From the IMG/VR virus record IMGVR_UViG_3300027797_000016, positions 41,060-105,059 of that record: a stretch of 64,000 bases of DNA, one strand, 5' to 3'. This document shows positions 1 to 8,119 of the stretch, one piece after another. This DNA comes from a virus. A program made the translations under genes and the position numbers. Position 1 is the first letter of the stretch. Every line of letters starts with the position of its first letter. Below the pieces are notes generated by a model that saw only the letters and a program-made list of their open reading frames with translations, was not told where the DNA came from and ran no database searches.

Positions 1-136
1 CCCAAGTCATAGGAGAAAAACTAGCATCACCACCAAACGCATAACAAGTCCAGTTAGATAGTTTTGGTTGTGTGATAGTATATGTGTTTGATTTATTGTA
101 ATCAGCAGGAAAAGTATATTCAGTATATTCAGTCAT
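1..136 (-). CDS. Hypothetical early protein, 3' end outside window (MTEYTEYTFPADYNKSNTYTITQPKLSNWTCYAFGGDASFSPMTW...)
   Basis: Translated by hand; ATGA overlap with upstream ORF; paralogous to the C-terminal half of 3256..3534 (QPKQSNYTCYLFGG). Confidence 0.75.
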   Translation of the reverse strand, partial: MTEYTEYTFPADYNKSNTYTITQPKLSNWTCYAFGGDASFSPMTW

Positions 137-288
137 CGTATTCCAATTTTGAGAGTGCCTTTCAGTTCATTATAAAGTCCATTCAATCCCTGTCTCCTAT
201 CATTATCAGTTACATCAAGAATATGATACAATAGTCGTGCCTGTTCTTCGTCCAGTGTGATTTTGTAGTTCTTTTGAATTTCAATCAT
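133..288 (-). CDS. Hypothetical protein, 51 aa (MIEIQKNYKITLDEEQAR...)
   Basis: Translated by hand; ATGA overlaps at both ends. Confidence 0.75.
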   Translation of the reverse strand: MIEIQKNYKITLDEEQARLLYHILDVTDNDRRQGLNGLYNELKGTLKIGIR

Positions 289-521
289 TTTGGGCAGTGG
301 AGAAAATATTTGTATTCAGAAAGCATATTATATTGCCATTGAACTAAATCACAACCTTTGTATTCACTGACAACTGTAAAAGTTCCATGTTTCTCAACTG
401 GTTCTGCAACTGCTTGTGCTTCTGGTTGTTTGAAACTCTCAAGAATAGCAGGCACCATAAAATACAGACAAGCAAGACAAAATCCAGTAAGTAATCCAAG
501 TGCGTATTGTGGGTATCTCAT
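285..521 (-). CDS. Hypothetical protein with N-terminal membrane anchor
   Basis: ORF track; hydrophobic N-terminus; ATGA coupling. Confidence 0.8.
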   Translation of the reverse strand: MRYPQYALGLLTGFCLACLYFMVPAILESFKQPEAQAVAEPVEKHGTFTVVSEYKGCDLVQWQYNMLSEYKYFLHCPK

Positions 522-1267
522 CGTAGTTTCCTCTTGATTTTATTGAGACAATCGTTGAAACCTTCTACAGTACACTCAACATAAGCATTTTGAGACCCAG
601 CGGCAGATTGTTCTTTCGGCAACCATTCTTCAATGGCATCCACAAGTTCCTGAAGTGATGTTTCTTTCTTGGTGAATGTATCATCCCACCAGTCAGCAAT
701 CACATCATAAAGAGTTTGTGGTTTGGTAGATGAAACTACACCTTGCTTGACTGCTTCCCTGAATGCTTCTTTCAATCCATCAGCAACTTGCTCTGGTGTT
801 TGAGGTTTCAAACAATCTAATGGGTCTTTATCTGGATTTTCTTCACACCATTTCTTACTCTCACGAACAGCATCTTTTATTTGTTGTCCTTTCCCATAAG
901 TAAATACCGCCCACCTAAACCAAGCAGCAGGAGAAAGTTCATAATAACCATCACTCAAATATCCACTCAACTTTTCACCAAAACGAAGAGCAACAGATTT
1001 CCATTCATTATCTTCTTGTTCTTCTTGAACTTTTTCCATTACTTCCTTTGCGGTAGAGATTGCGTAAGCAAACTCATATCCTGCTTGGAAACCTTGCCAC
1101 CTTGTATCATCATACTGGGAGTCAGTTTCTAATTCAGGATATTGCCCCCACCAATCTTTGTAGCATTCTTCTACTGGTGATTTTGTTCGTTGCTGTTCTT
1201 CAAGTTTTTGTAGTTTCTCTTGGAGAATAGCAATATCCTCTTTGAGTTGTTGAATAGTTTCAGTCAT
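518..1267 (-). CDS. Hypothetical mosaic early protein, 249 aa
   Basis: ORF track; PQTPEQVADGL module shared with 3256..3534; C-terminus resembles that of 10746..11153. Confidence 0.85.
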   Translation of the reverse strand: MTETIQQLKEDIAILQEKLQKLEEQQRTKSPVEECYKDWWGQYPELETDSQYDDTRWQGFQAGYEFAYAISTAKEVMEKVQEEQEDNEWKSVALRFGEKLSGYLSDGYYELSPAAWFRWAVFTYGKGQQIKDAVRESKKWCEENPDKDPLDCLKPQTPEQVADGLKEAFREAVKQGVVSSTKPQTLYDVIADWWDDTFTKKETSLQELVDAIEEWLPKEQSAAGSQNAYVECTVEGFNDCLNKIKRKLR

Positions 1268-1467
1268 TTCAAGTTCTCCCTTGCTTTGCGAGCAGTATCA
1301 TAAAGTTCCCGAAGTCGTTGCGACCTCTCCTCTCGTTTTTTGACTTGTTCTGGACTATTATGCCACACACTATCAGTTCCGTGTAAAGGGCAATCTGGAT
1401 TGAGGTTTTGAGTGTTTGAAGTTTTGGTTCCTATTTGAATGTAGGAACAGGTGCATTTGGTAGTCAT
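1264..1467 (-). CDS. Hypothetical protein (CxC...CPxH)
   Basis: ORF track; coupled. Confidence 0.8.
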   Translation of the reverse strand: MTTKCTCSYIQIGTKTSNTQNLNPDCPLHGTDSVWHNSPEQVKKREERSQRLRELYDTARKARENLK

Positions 1468-1649
1468 ACATCCTCCATATCAAAACTCATATCATATTTT
1501 GGTAGTGGTTGTCCTGCTACATTATAGCACCAATCACAAAAGTTCATACTCTCTACCATATCAACATCCCATCCACAACACTCCACAGCACTATGAAGTG
1601 TGGAAAGAAACTCTGGTGTGAGAAGTTCTTTGAGTTCTTGTTTCGTCAT
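1464..1649 (-). CDS. Hypothetical protein
   Basis: ORF track; coupled. Confidence 0.8.
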   Translation of the reverse strand: MTKQELKELLTPEFLSTLHSAVECCGWDVDMVESMNFCDWCYNVAGQPLPKYDMSFDMEDV

Positions 1650-1825
1650 CGGTTCATCCAGTCTCTCAAATCAACAATTTCATACCAGTCATACCTATAC
1701 TTTTGTTTTGATATTTCCTCCCATTTTTCTTTTGCTTCCTCTTTGGTTTCGTAGCATTCAATCCAATCATCAGTATAGGCAGAAGGATAATAGTTGTCTC
1801 CAGCAATCAATAGATAAGGTTTCAT
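1646..1825 (-). CDS. Hypothetical protein, 59 aa (MKPYLLIAGDNYYP...)
   Basis: Translated by hand; coupled to the downstream ORF. Confidence 0.75.
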   Translation of the reverse strand: MKPYLLIAGDNYYPSAYTDDWIECYETKEEAKEKWEEISKQKYRYDWYEIVDLRDWMNR

Positions 1826-1828
1826 CGT

Positions 1829-1918
1829 TCAGCAACCACATCGTTGATAGTGAGCAAAATCACTCAAACTGGTGCTACCATATTCTACAACACCATCAAG
1901 TAAGCAAAGGTAGTTCAT
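1829..1918 (-). CDS. Very short, possibly truncated ORF, 29 aa (MNYLCLLDGVVEYGS...)
   Basis: Translated by hand; ATGA-coupled start. Confidence 0.5.
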   Translation of the reverse strand: MNYLCLLDGVVEYGSTSLSDFAHYQRCGC

Positions 1919-2100
1919 TTCAGTTGCTCCAAGCAAATAGAACAGAGACAATCATCAGTTTTAGGAACTCTAAACATAATATGGTTTCCAGAGCAACAAT
2001 CTCTATCACCACATTTTCTACATTCATCACAAACCCACTCCTTTTGATTACGACATTTTACGAAATCTTCAAGAGTGTATTGTTGGAGAATAGAAGTCAT
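1915..2100 (-). CDS. Small Cys-rich putative zinc-binding protein
   Basis: ORF track; CxxCxxC and CxxC motifs. Confidence 0.75.
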   Translation of the reverse strand: MTSILQQYTLEDFVKCRNQKEWVCDECRKCGDRDCCSGNHIMFRVPKTDDCLCSICLEQLK

Positions 2101-2246
2101 TCTAATACATCAGTAAGTTTGTTATACATCCAAGAGATTATGAGTGCCTGTCCCCAAGTAAGAGGAAAGAAAGATACAAGTGCCCAACCCATCAATCCCA
2201 CAAAAATATAAAATCCAATTGTTTCACCAATCTCTTGTTTAGTCAT
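2097..2246 (-). CDS. Small membrane protein (start revised to MTKQEIG)
   Basis: ATGA overlap with GAGG RBS; hydrophobic segment. Confidence 0.75.
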   Translation of the reverse strand: MTKQEIGETIGFYIFVGLMGWALVSFFPLTWGQALIISWMYNKLTDVLE

Positions 2247-2425
2247 TTGAGGTTCCTCATCAATCGTGCGTAAGAATAATTCCAAGTAGAAGGGTCTTCT
2301 GGGTCAAAAGGGTTCTTGTATTCTTTTGGTTCATAAGGTTCTGGTGTATATTGGAAGAATTTAGAAGCAATATAAGAACCAAGACAAGGAAACAGAAAGC
2401 AAAGAAGAGCAGATGTAAGGGTCAT
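2243..2425 (-). CDS. Small protein with N-terminal hydrophobic segment
   Basis: First gene after promoter module. Confidence 0.75.
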   Translation of the reverse strand: MTLTSALLCFLFPCLGSYIASKFFQYTPEPYEPKEYKNPFDPEDPSTWNYSYARLMRNLK

Positions 2426-2505
2426 CAGGGTTGTTTGTGTATGAAACTATTATAAGGCATCAGGGCACCGAGTTCAAGTGCCCTGTGCCGGTTCTTCAAG
2501 TGTCC
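2426..2505 (-). promoter_or_regulatory. PeSL-like early promoter module, copy 1
   Basis: GGACACTTGA...CAGGGCAC-TTGAAC-TCG-GTGCCCTG hairpin; TTGAAC-17-TATAAT. Confidence 0.85.
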
Positions 2506-2693
2506 CCAACAGAGTTGAGAGCAAGACCAATTCTACTAATTTTATTTTCTAAACTATTGTAATACTGATAAACATAATTATCATCAAGATTATCATTTTT
2601 TGCTTTCCTCACAAGAGCAAGCAAATCGTTAATCTCATAATTACTAAAGGGTTCTACCGTCCATTCACCGATAGATACAACTTTTTTAGTCAT
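2496..2693 (-). CDS. Hypothetical protein (MTKKVVSIGEW); also in frame with an upstream ATG at 2876
   Basis: ATG directly after promoter copy 2; stop supplied by GACACTTGA of copy 1. Confidence 0.75.
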   Translation of the reverse strand: MTKKVVSIGEWTVEPFSNYEINDLLALVRKAKNDNLDDNYVYQYYNSLENKISRIGLALNSVGDT

Positions 2694-2776
2694 CAGGTGT
2701 CTTTGTGTGTATGAATGTATTATAAGGCATCTGGTGCCCCTGTGGAGTGGTGTCTGTGCCAGTTCGTCAAGTGTCC
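2694..2776 (-). promoter_or_regulatory. PeSL-like early promoter module, copy 2
   Basis: GGACACTTGA motif, TATAAT, leader TTCATACAC..CCTGATG; -35 non-consensus. Confidence 0.75.
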
Positions 2777-2868
2777 TCTGCTCTTCAAGGATTATTTCAA
2801 AAATCATTCTGGTGTAGCTTTCTGTTGCTCCCCAGTGTCTTGCTAATCTTATAATGTCTTTATGTTTA

Positions 2869-3117
2869 TTAGTCATCCCCATAAACCTCAAAGATAATTT
2901 TTGCTCCACCCATTACATCCCTTTCCATACTCATACTCAACACCTGTGCCCTACTAGTTTGGAGTTGTTCTGCTACTTGTTGAAAAGATACTTTCAAGTC
3001 ATTAGGGTCATAACATTTTGCGAGTTTTCGTAGTTTTGATTTCTCTACTGGTTTTGGAGGTTCTGGTGGTTTTGGATTATGGATTTCATTATATTTTTCA
3101 ATTAGTGGATTAGTCAT
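2869..3117 (-). CDS. Hypothetical protein
   Basis: ORF track. Confidence 0.8.
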   Translation of the reverse strand: MTNPLIEKYNEIHNPKPPEPPKPVEKSKLRKLAKCYDPNDLKVSFQQVAEQLQTSRAQVLSMSMERDVMGGAKIIFEVYGDD

Positions 3118-3259
3118 TTTCTTTACAATACCTTTGATATTCCCAATGATGAACCATTTCTACAAGGTCTTTGGTAACTAAACAATCTTCATTATCTTTA
3201 ATTTTATCCCAATCAATAGGATTTTTTTCACTCCATTCTTCGTAGGTTAGTTTAGTCAT
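3110..3259 (-). CDS. Hypothetical protein, 49 aa (MTKLTYEEW...)
   Basis: Translated by hand; coupled. Confidence 0.7.
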   Translation of the reverse strand: MTKLTYEEWSEKNPIDWDKIKDNEDCLVTKDLVEMVHHWEYQRYCKEND

Positions 3260-3534
3260 TTGTTCTTCACCCAGTTACAATCTAAAAATACTTTCATAAA
3301 AAACCTCACCCAAGCATTAGGAACTTTACCTTCTTCTGGTGTCCAAGTGATAGAAGAAAATGAGGCATTACCACCAAAAAGGTAGCAGGTATAGTTAGAT
3401 TGTTTTGGTTGGTGAATAAAAAGATAATCGTTGGGAATTGGGAATACACCATCTTCCTTTGCTTGTTTCATAGCACCACGAAGTCCAGCATCTACTTCAT
3501 CTGGTGTTTGTGGCGTTGGTTGATATTCAGTCAT
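3256..3534 (-). CDS. Hypothetical protein (start revised to MTEYQPT)
   Basis: ORF track; paralog of 1..136. Confidence 0.8.
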   Translation of the reverse strand: MTEYQPTPQTPDEVDAGLRGAMKQAKEDGVFPIPNDYLFIHQPKQSNYTCYLFGGNASFSSITWTPEEGKVPNAWVRFFMKVFLDCNWVKNK

Positions 3535-3997
3535 AAGGAATCCATTCAGCAAAACTAAAGATATACGCAAGTCCCCATTCTAATGTATGAGGTGGTAGTT
3601 CGTCAATATGATTAAACGCAAGTCGTCTTGCTTCCAAGATGCGTTCTTTACCTACCGCAAGTAGATTTGCTTTAGAACCTTTGAGAAACTCATTATAATC
3701 TGCCTGATTATTCTGTTTCGCACCAGAGATATACAATCGTCTCATTTCAGTAAAAAGTTCTGCGGTTTCGGGGGCAAATGTAATCACTTCTTCCCCCAAA
3801 GGGATTTCCATAGTTTTCATCGCACTCATTGAAAATTTCATCGCATCTCTGGTTTCTTCTACTGATAAGGCATCCTCATCCTCATCACGAAACTTATGTT
3901 GTATTATACCGTTACTGCACTCAACTAATCTTAAAAGAGCAATCTTGTCCTTCTCAGAGTCAGGTAGTGCTTGAAATCTTGCGTCCCAGTCAATCAT
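3527..3997 (-). CDS. Hypothetical protein (start revised to MIDWDARF)
   Basis: ATGA overlap with the endonuclease stop. Confidence 0.8.
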   Translation of the reverse strand: MIDWDARFQALPDSEKDKIALLRLVECSNGIIQHKFRDEDEDALSVEETRDAMKFSMSAMKTMEIPLGEEVITFAPETAELFTEMRRLYISGAKQNNQADYNEFLKGSKANLLAVGKERILEARRLAFNHIDELPPHTLEWGLAYIFSFAEWIPYD

Positions 3998-4665
3998 TTT
4001 CTTCCAAGTCTCCAACCATCACCGGGACATTCTACCATCCTTTTACAATTTCCGCAACCATCATTCCACCACTTTTTACCTTTTCGTGTCTCACTCATTT
4101 TTCTTCTGGTTTCTTTGGAAAGGATTTTACCTTTTCGTGTCTCACTCATTTTTCTTCTGGTTTCTTCTGAAACAGGTCTGCCTTTAAGACCTTCAATTAT
4201 TTTATCTATATGCTCTTTTGAGAGAGTTTTACCAATTTGTGACTCACTCATTTTTCTTCTGGTTTCTTCCGAATGAATTTTACCATAGTTATGATTTTTT
4301 TCCCCTCTCCTTGCTTCACTCATTTTTTTTCTAGTTTCTTCTGAAGGGGTTCTTTCTCTCATTTTTTTTCTGGTTTCTTCACTAAAAACATAACCAGAAG
4401 CACCATCACCACCATCTGTAAGGTTGTGAAGAATACCAGTTCCCAAATCTTTCCTACCAAACACAGCAATCATATAGATTTCGTGTCTAAATGCTTCTTC
4501 TTCTGTTAAGTTTTGTTTGAGGAATATAATTCTTGATTTATCTTTGGGTGGGTTATTTCGTCTGTTTGTAGAATAAATCCTATCTCCAGTACCTTTACCA
4601 ATATAATAAGGTGTCTTATCTTCACGCAAATATGCGTAAGTGTAAAACCTATTAGGATTTACCAT
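3994..4665 (-). CDS. Free-standing GIY-YIG-type (Seg-like) homing endonuclease with NUMOD3 repeats
   Basis: FYTYAYLR..TPYYIGKG, E and N.TDGG motifs, repeated SEETRRKMSE; ATG downstream of late promoter. Confidence 0.85.
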   Translation of the reverse strand: MVNPNRFYTYAYLREDKTPYYIGKGTGDRIYSTNRRNNPPKDKSRIIFLKQNLTEEEAFRHEIYMIAVFGRKDLGTGILHNLTDGGDGASGYVFSEETRKKMRERTPSEETRKKMSEARRGEKNHNYGKIHSEETRRKMSESQIGKTLSKEHIDKIIEGLKGRPVSEETRRKMSETRKGKILSKETRRKMSETRKGKKWWNDGCGNCKRMVECPGDGWRLGRK

Positions 4666-4695
4666 AGTTCTGCTTCTAAATTGTGTTCGCAATAC

Positions 4696-4703
4696 TATTT
4701 ATA
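4696..4703 (-). promoter_or_regulatory. T4-type late promoter TATAAATA for the GIY-YIG gene
   Basis: Exact consensus, about 30 nt upstream of the ATG. Confidence 0.8.
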
Positions 4704-4704
4704 C

Positions 4705-4727
4705 AAGAAAAGGTGCCCGAAGACACC
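4705..4727 (-). terminator. Intrinsic terminator
   Basis: GGTGTC-TTCG-GGCACC followed by TTTTCTT. Confidence 0.8.
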
Positions 4728-4763
4728 CTTCCCACTCTTATGGATGCGAACACATTAGAGCAC
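4705..4763 (-). ncRNA. Putative antisense small RNA 1 (to the GIY-YIG mRNA leader)
   Basis: ATAAATA at 4767-4773, segment complementary to leader 4671-4691, terminator; homologous module at 43540-43596. Confidence 0.55.
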
Positions 4764-4793
4764 CAGTATTTATCTGTTTAGCACAACTCCACC

Positions 4794-4958
4794 CTATAAC
4801 AAGCAAGAAAGCATGATTTGATGTGCTAATTTGTCCCGCAAAAAATTAATTCTTTCTTCATCATACTGCTGAAAGTTTCCTTTCTTCTCCACTTTCTTAT
4901 AATAATGTAGAGCATTTATAATTATACCATAATCTTCTATTGTAATATCAATTTTCAT
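4794..4958 (-). CDS. Hypothetical protein, 54 aa (MKIDITIEDYG...)
   Basis: Translated by hand. Confidence 0.7.
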   Translation of the reverse strand: MKIDITIEDYGIIINALHYYKKVEKKGNFQQYDEERINFLRDKLAHQIMLSCLL

Positions 4959-5178
4959 AACTCAATTGAATAATCTTTGATATATCTATTGTTGCGAAGA
5001 ATGCCTGTAATCCTACAATATCCCAAGTTTTAATTTTAATGGAGAACGGAACCATTACTAAACCACCAACCAAACGAAAATAACACCCTAACTTTACATC
5101 CACATAAAGAAGAATGAAGTATCCAACCAATAACAGAACACTACCAATAATACGAAGAGATGTTGGTGTTAATTTCAT
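4948..5178 (-). CDS. Small membrane protein
   Basis: ORF track; hydrophobic. Confidence 0.8.
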   Translation of the reverse strand: MKLTPTSLRIIGSVLLLVGYFILLYVDVKLGCYFRLVGGLVMVPFSIKIKTWDIVGLQAFFATIDISKIIQLSYEN

Positions 5179-5363
5179 TACATTCTCATTTTTAATACTT
5201 CTGCCGTTACTTCTTGTTGTTTCATATACAACTTTAGCATACCTTTGAGTGAAATCTGTAGTTCTTCTACATTCTCACAATTATCAATATTTCTTGCTAA
5301 TTTTTCATACTCAAACATCTTTGAGGGATTTGTGAGTATAATATCATCTGGATGTCCCGTCAT
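5178..5363 (-). CDS. Hypothetical protein
   Basis: ORF track. Confidence 0.8.
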   Translation of the reverse strand: MTGHPDDIILTNPSKMFEYEKLARNIDNCENVEELQISLKGMLKLYMKQQEVTAEVLKMRM

Positions 5364-5544
5364 TTTTCTTATAAAATTCTATTTTGAGTTGAGTAATGAG
5401 TAAATCAACTTTATCTTCAATACGAGTAAGTCGTTCCTCAATAGTATCTATACGATACTCATCAAGTGCTTCTTTTTTAACTGAATAAGGGTCAATCGTA
5501 GCCATAGTTCCTTGTAGTGAATTGAGTAGTTGTTCGTCAGTCAT
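5344..5544 (-). CDS. Hypothetical coiled-coil protein
   Basis: ORF track. Confidence 0.75.
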   Translation of the reverse strand: MTDEQLLNSLQGTMATIDPYSVKKEALDEYRIDTIEERLTRIEDKVDLLITQLKIEFYKKNDGTSR

Positions 5545-5743
5545 TTACCACCTCCATAAACTCATCATAAGACAAATCAACAAAATCTTCATAATACAAT
5601 TTATTCACAATTTTATTCACCACTTCTAAATCAAAATATTTTTCTAATTCAGTTCTGGTTTCGCAGGATACTCTTCCGTGTCCGTCGTGAGTTGTTTTTA
5701 GTTTCTCAAAGGAACTCATATCAAAAATATTAGTATCAGTCAT
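5537..5743 (-). CDS. Hypothetical protein
   Basis: ORF track. Confidence 0.75.
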   Translation of the reverse strand: MTDTNIFDMSSFEKLKTTHDGHGRVSCETRTELEKYFDLEVVNKIVNKLYYEDFVDLSYDEFMEVVND

Positions 5744-5930
5744 TTTGTGTCTCCTCTGGTTCTATCCATTCTTTATAGTCATCTGCTTTTACATAAGGAG
5801 CAGTTTCCCAATCACTCCATTCTTTCCAGAGAGGGGGAGCAATACAACCTCTAGGCAACTGATTTTTATACCGATACTGAAAATCTGGACGGCACATCAG
5901 TCCATTATCAACCACTCGGATTTCGATCAT
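5736..5930 (-). CDS. Hypothetical protein
   Basis: ORF track. Confidence 0.75.
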   Translation of the reverse strand: MIEIRVVDNGLMCRPDFQYRYKNQLPRGCIAPPLWKEWSDWETAPYVKADDYKEWIEPEETQND

Positions 5931-6094
5931 TCTTTCTCTCCAAATCTAAAAGGATAAAGTCGTTTCACACCACCAGAAGCATACTTGATTTCATCTTCTA
6001 ATTGACGAATATAAACGAAAATTGAGTATGGAACCTCAAAGTGCTCTAACTCTTTGGTCTCATTATTATAGCACGAAATGTAGGATTTACTCAT
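5927..6094 (-). CDS. Hypothetical protein, 55 aa (MSKSYISCYNNETKE...)
   Basis: Translated by hand; coupled. Confidence 0.7.
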   Translation of the reverse strand: MSKSYISCYNNETKELEHFEVPYSIFVYIRQLEDEIKYASGGVKRLYPFRFGEKE

Positions 6095-6338
6095 CATCTA
6101 ACACTTCATCCCTTTCAATAAGTTCATCATATTCATCAAGTTGAGTTTCGTATTTGATAAATCTCAAGTTATTCAACATCTCAAAAAGTTCAGTTTTCTC
6201 ATCAATTAATTCTTTACGATAATTATCACTAAAAACTAATTTAAGTTTTTCTTCTGGATGATTTAACTCTTGTTTAATATATTCGTATCTTTTAGATAGT
6301 ATGGTCTCACACCTTTCAATCGTTTCTACGAGTTTCAT
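6087..6338 (-). CDS. Hypothetical protein
   Basis: ORF track. Confidence 0.8.
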   Translation of the reverse strand: MKLVETIERCETILSKRYEYIKQELNHPEEKLKLVFSDNYRKELIDEKTELFEMLNNLRFIKYETQLDEYDELIERDEVLDDE

Positions 6339-6565
6339 TTCAGTTCCTCAATAGTCAGTTTCAGTCCGTTTCCATTATCGTCAATTGTTTTGTTGATAAA
6401 GTCCTCATAATCACCAATATCTTCCCAAGCACCAAACTTATAATAGAGTGTCTTCTCAACATAATGCTGATACATTCTTTCAGTCTCTTCAACATCTCCA
6501 TCACACCATTCACTAAAAGTTTCAGGAGTGAGTGTGATTTCTGCTGTGATTTTTACTGGTTTCAT
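6335..6565 (-). CDS. Hypothetical acidic protein
   Basis: ORF track. Confidence 0.8.
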   Translation of the reverse strand: MKPVKITAEITLTPETFSEWCDGDVEETERMYQHYVEKTLYYKFGAWEDIGDYEDFINKTIDDNGNGLKLTIEELK

Positions 6566-6825
6566 AATGCCTCCAAATAATCTGCGATTTCTTTAATACT
6601 TTCCAATTTTGGTTCAGTCTTTCTGGAAAGGTCAATCATTAGTCCGTCATTTTGATTTACAAAGGGTGATGTAGTTGGAGTATTTTCCTTATACCATTCA
6701 TCATTTCTTTTTTCTCTTGTGAAGTTTGTCCAAAGAAGTCTTGTTTTGTATTTTAGATTCAAATAATCTGCGATTTCTTTAATACTTTCCAATTTTGGTT
6801 CAGTCTTTCTGGAAAGGTCAGTCAT
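6562..6825 (-). CDS. Hypothetical protein with duplicated DLSRKTEPKLESIKEIADYL segment
   Basis: ORF track; 61-bp direct repeat. Confidence 0.7.
   Translation of the reverse strand: MTDLSRKTEPKLESIKEIADYLNLKYKTRLLWTNFTREKRNDEWYKENTPTTSPFVNQNDGLMIDLSRKTEPKLESIKEIADYLEAL
6574..6820. repeat. 61-bp exact direct repeat (6574-6634, 6760-6820)
   Basis: Read directly. Confidence 0.95.
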
Positions 6826-7040
6826 TCCAGTTCCTCAATCATATCATAATAACCATCATTTACTATATACCAGAAGTTCACAGCAACTGTTTTCTTATCC
6901 TTACTATAAGACCAATAAGTATTTCTCACAGAATAATAACCAGTATAAGTCTCTAACTTCTCGTAAGGAGTAAAAACCCAATGTTTCCAACTATTACAAG
7001 TCAGTTTCATACGATAAAAGTAGTAAGATAAACTATTCAT
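6822..7040 (-). CDS. Trp/Tyr-rich hypothetical protein, probable paralog of 7243..7488
   Basis: V.FW.I.N...Y.M motif. Confidence 0.75.
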   Translation of the reverse strand: MNSLSYYFYRMKLTCNSWKHWVFTPYEKLETYTGYYSVRNTYWSYSKDKKTVAVNFWYIVNDGYYDMIEELE

Positions 7041-7246
7041 AATGCCTCCAATTCATTAGCAAGGTCATAAAGCACCCGAGCATCAACTACCATATCTTCT
7101 ACACCTTCTTCTTCACAACACTGATAGTATTGAAACTCATTCACAATCTCACGAATAACAGCAGCAAGAGAAAGTTCTTCGTGATGTGTACTGTCCACCC
7201 ACTTATCTTCCCAAGCACGATAAATTCTTTTTGCCCTTTCAGTCAT
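7037..7246 (-). CDS. MTERA-family small protein
   Basis: Start revised; 3' half nearly identical to 8453..8680. Confidence 0.8.
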   Translation of the reverse strand: MTERAKRIYRAWEDKWVDSTHHEELSLAAVIREIVNEFQYYQCCEEEGVEDMVVDARVLYDLANELEAL

Positions 7247-7488
7247 AGTGCCTCCTCCAAATCTTTCGGGCAAATAAACGGAACATAAAATTTAGGATTT
7301 TCTGCCCAAGTATAAGAAAGTGATTTATTATTCATCTTATACCAAGAAGCATTCAAAATCCACCAAAACTGAACCTGTGGATATTCTGAATGAGAAGGAA
7401 AGTATATCCCCTCTACATTACTACAAAATTCTTTTGGTTGTCTTATCAAAGTTTTCCAGTAATCAAAAATGAGTTTAGTTAGTTTCAT
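7243..7488 (-). CDS. Hypothetical protein
   Basis: ORF track. Confidence 0.75.
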   Translation of the reverse strand: MKLTKLIFDYWKTLIRQPKEFCSNVEGIYFPSHSEYPQVQFWWILNASWYKMNNKSLSYTWAENPKFYVPFICPKDLEEAL

Positions 7489-7646
7489 TTCTGGTTCTCC
7501 TGAAGTTCAAGTTCTTCAATCATACTTTCACTCCAAGTAATACCATCAAAATCTTCAGGACATCCCATCCAATTCCTTGCTTCTTCTTCGGTTTCAAAAT
7601 CAAGAAACCCAATATTGGTTTCAACAATTTTTACTGTGTAAGTCAT
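7485..7646 (-). CDS. Hypothetical protein (start revised to MTYTVKIV)
   Basis: First gene after promoter copy 3. Confidence 0.8.
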   Translation of the reverse strand: MTYTVKIVETNIGFLDFETEEEARNWMGCPEDFDGITWSESMIEELELQENQK

Positions 7647-7725
7647 CAGGTCTTTGTGTATGAATGTATTATACGACAAAGGGCACTCGGTTTCAAGTGC
7701 CCTTGTGACGGTTTCTCAAGTGTCC
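7647..7725 (-). promoter_or_regulatory. PeSL-like early promoter module, copy 3
   Basis: GGACACTTGAGAAACCGTCACAA-GGGCAC TTGAAA CCGA GTGCCC; TTGAAA-17-TATAAT. Confidence 0.9.
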
Positions 7726-7916
7726 TCCAGTTCATCAAGTTCATCGGCAATCTCAAGAATATCCTTTGATTTTACCATATAAGTTCCATCTTCCCAACTC
7801 TCATAATCACTTACAATCTCACGAAGAACATTAATAAGAGAAGATATCTCATTCCTTTTTGAGAACTTTGGTTCCCGTAAGAATGTTTCCAAGATTTTTT
7901 GTGCCCTTTTAGTCAT
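7716..7916 (-). CDS. MTERA-family small protein
   Basis: MTKRAQKI...LREIV...DILEIADEL. Confidence 0.8.
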   Translation of the reverse strand: MTKRAQKILETFLREPKFSKRNEISSLINVLREIVSDYESWEDGTYMVKSKDILEIADELDELEDT

Positions 7917-8119
7917 TTCAGTTTCTCCTGAAGTTTTAGATAATCATAAGAAATCTTACATTTCTGTGGTTGTTCCATACATAACACAATACCTTGATTT
8001 TTTCCATCTACCACACCATCATCAAAACCAAAACGAACACCTATAAGAAATACAACAGCAGAGGTTGCGAGAACGGCAATACAAATTATTCCAGATAAAA
8101 CAGCATTATCATCACTCAT
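7913..8119 (-). CDS. Small membrane-anchored protein
   Basis: ORF track. Confidence 0.8.
   Translation of the reverse strand: MSDDNAVLSGIICIAVLATSAVVFLIGVRFGFDDGVVDGKNQGIVLCMEQPQKCKISYDYLKLQEKLK

Noticed and set aside
4074-4380. 51-bp tandem repeats as a non-coding array
   Set aside because: Explained by NUMOD3 repeats of the GIY-YIG protein
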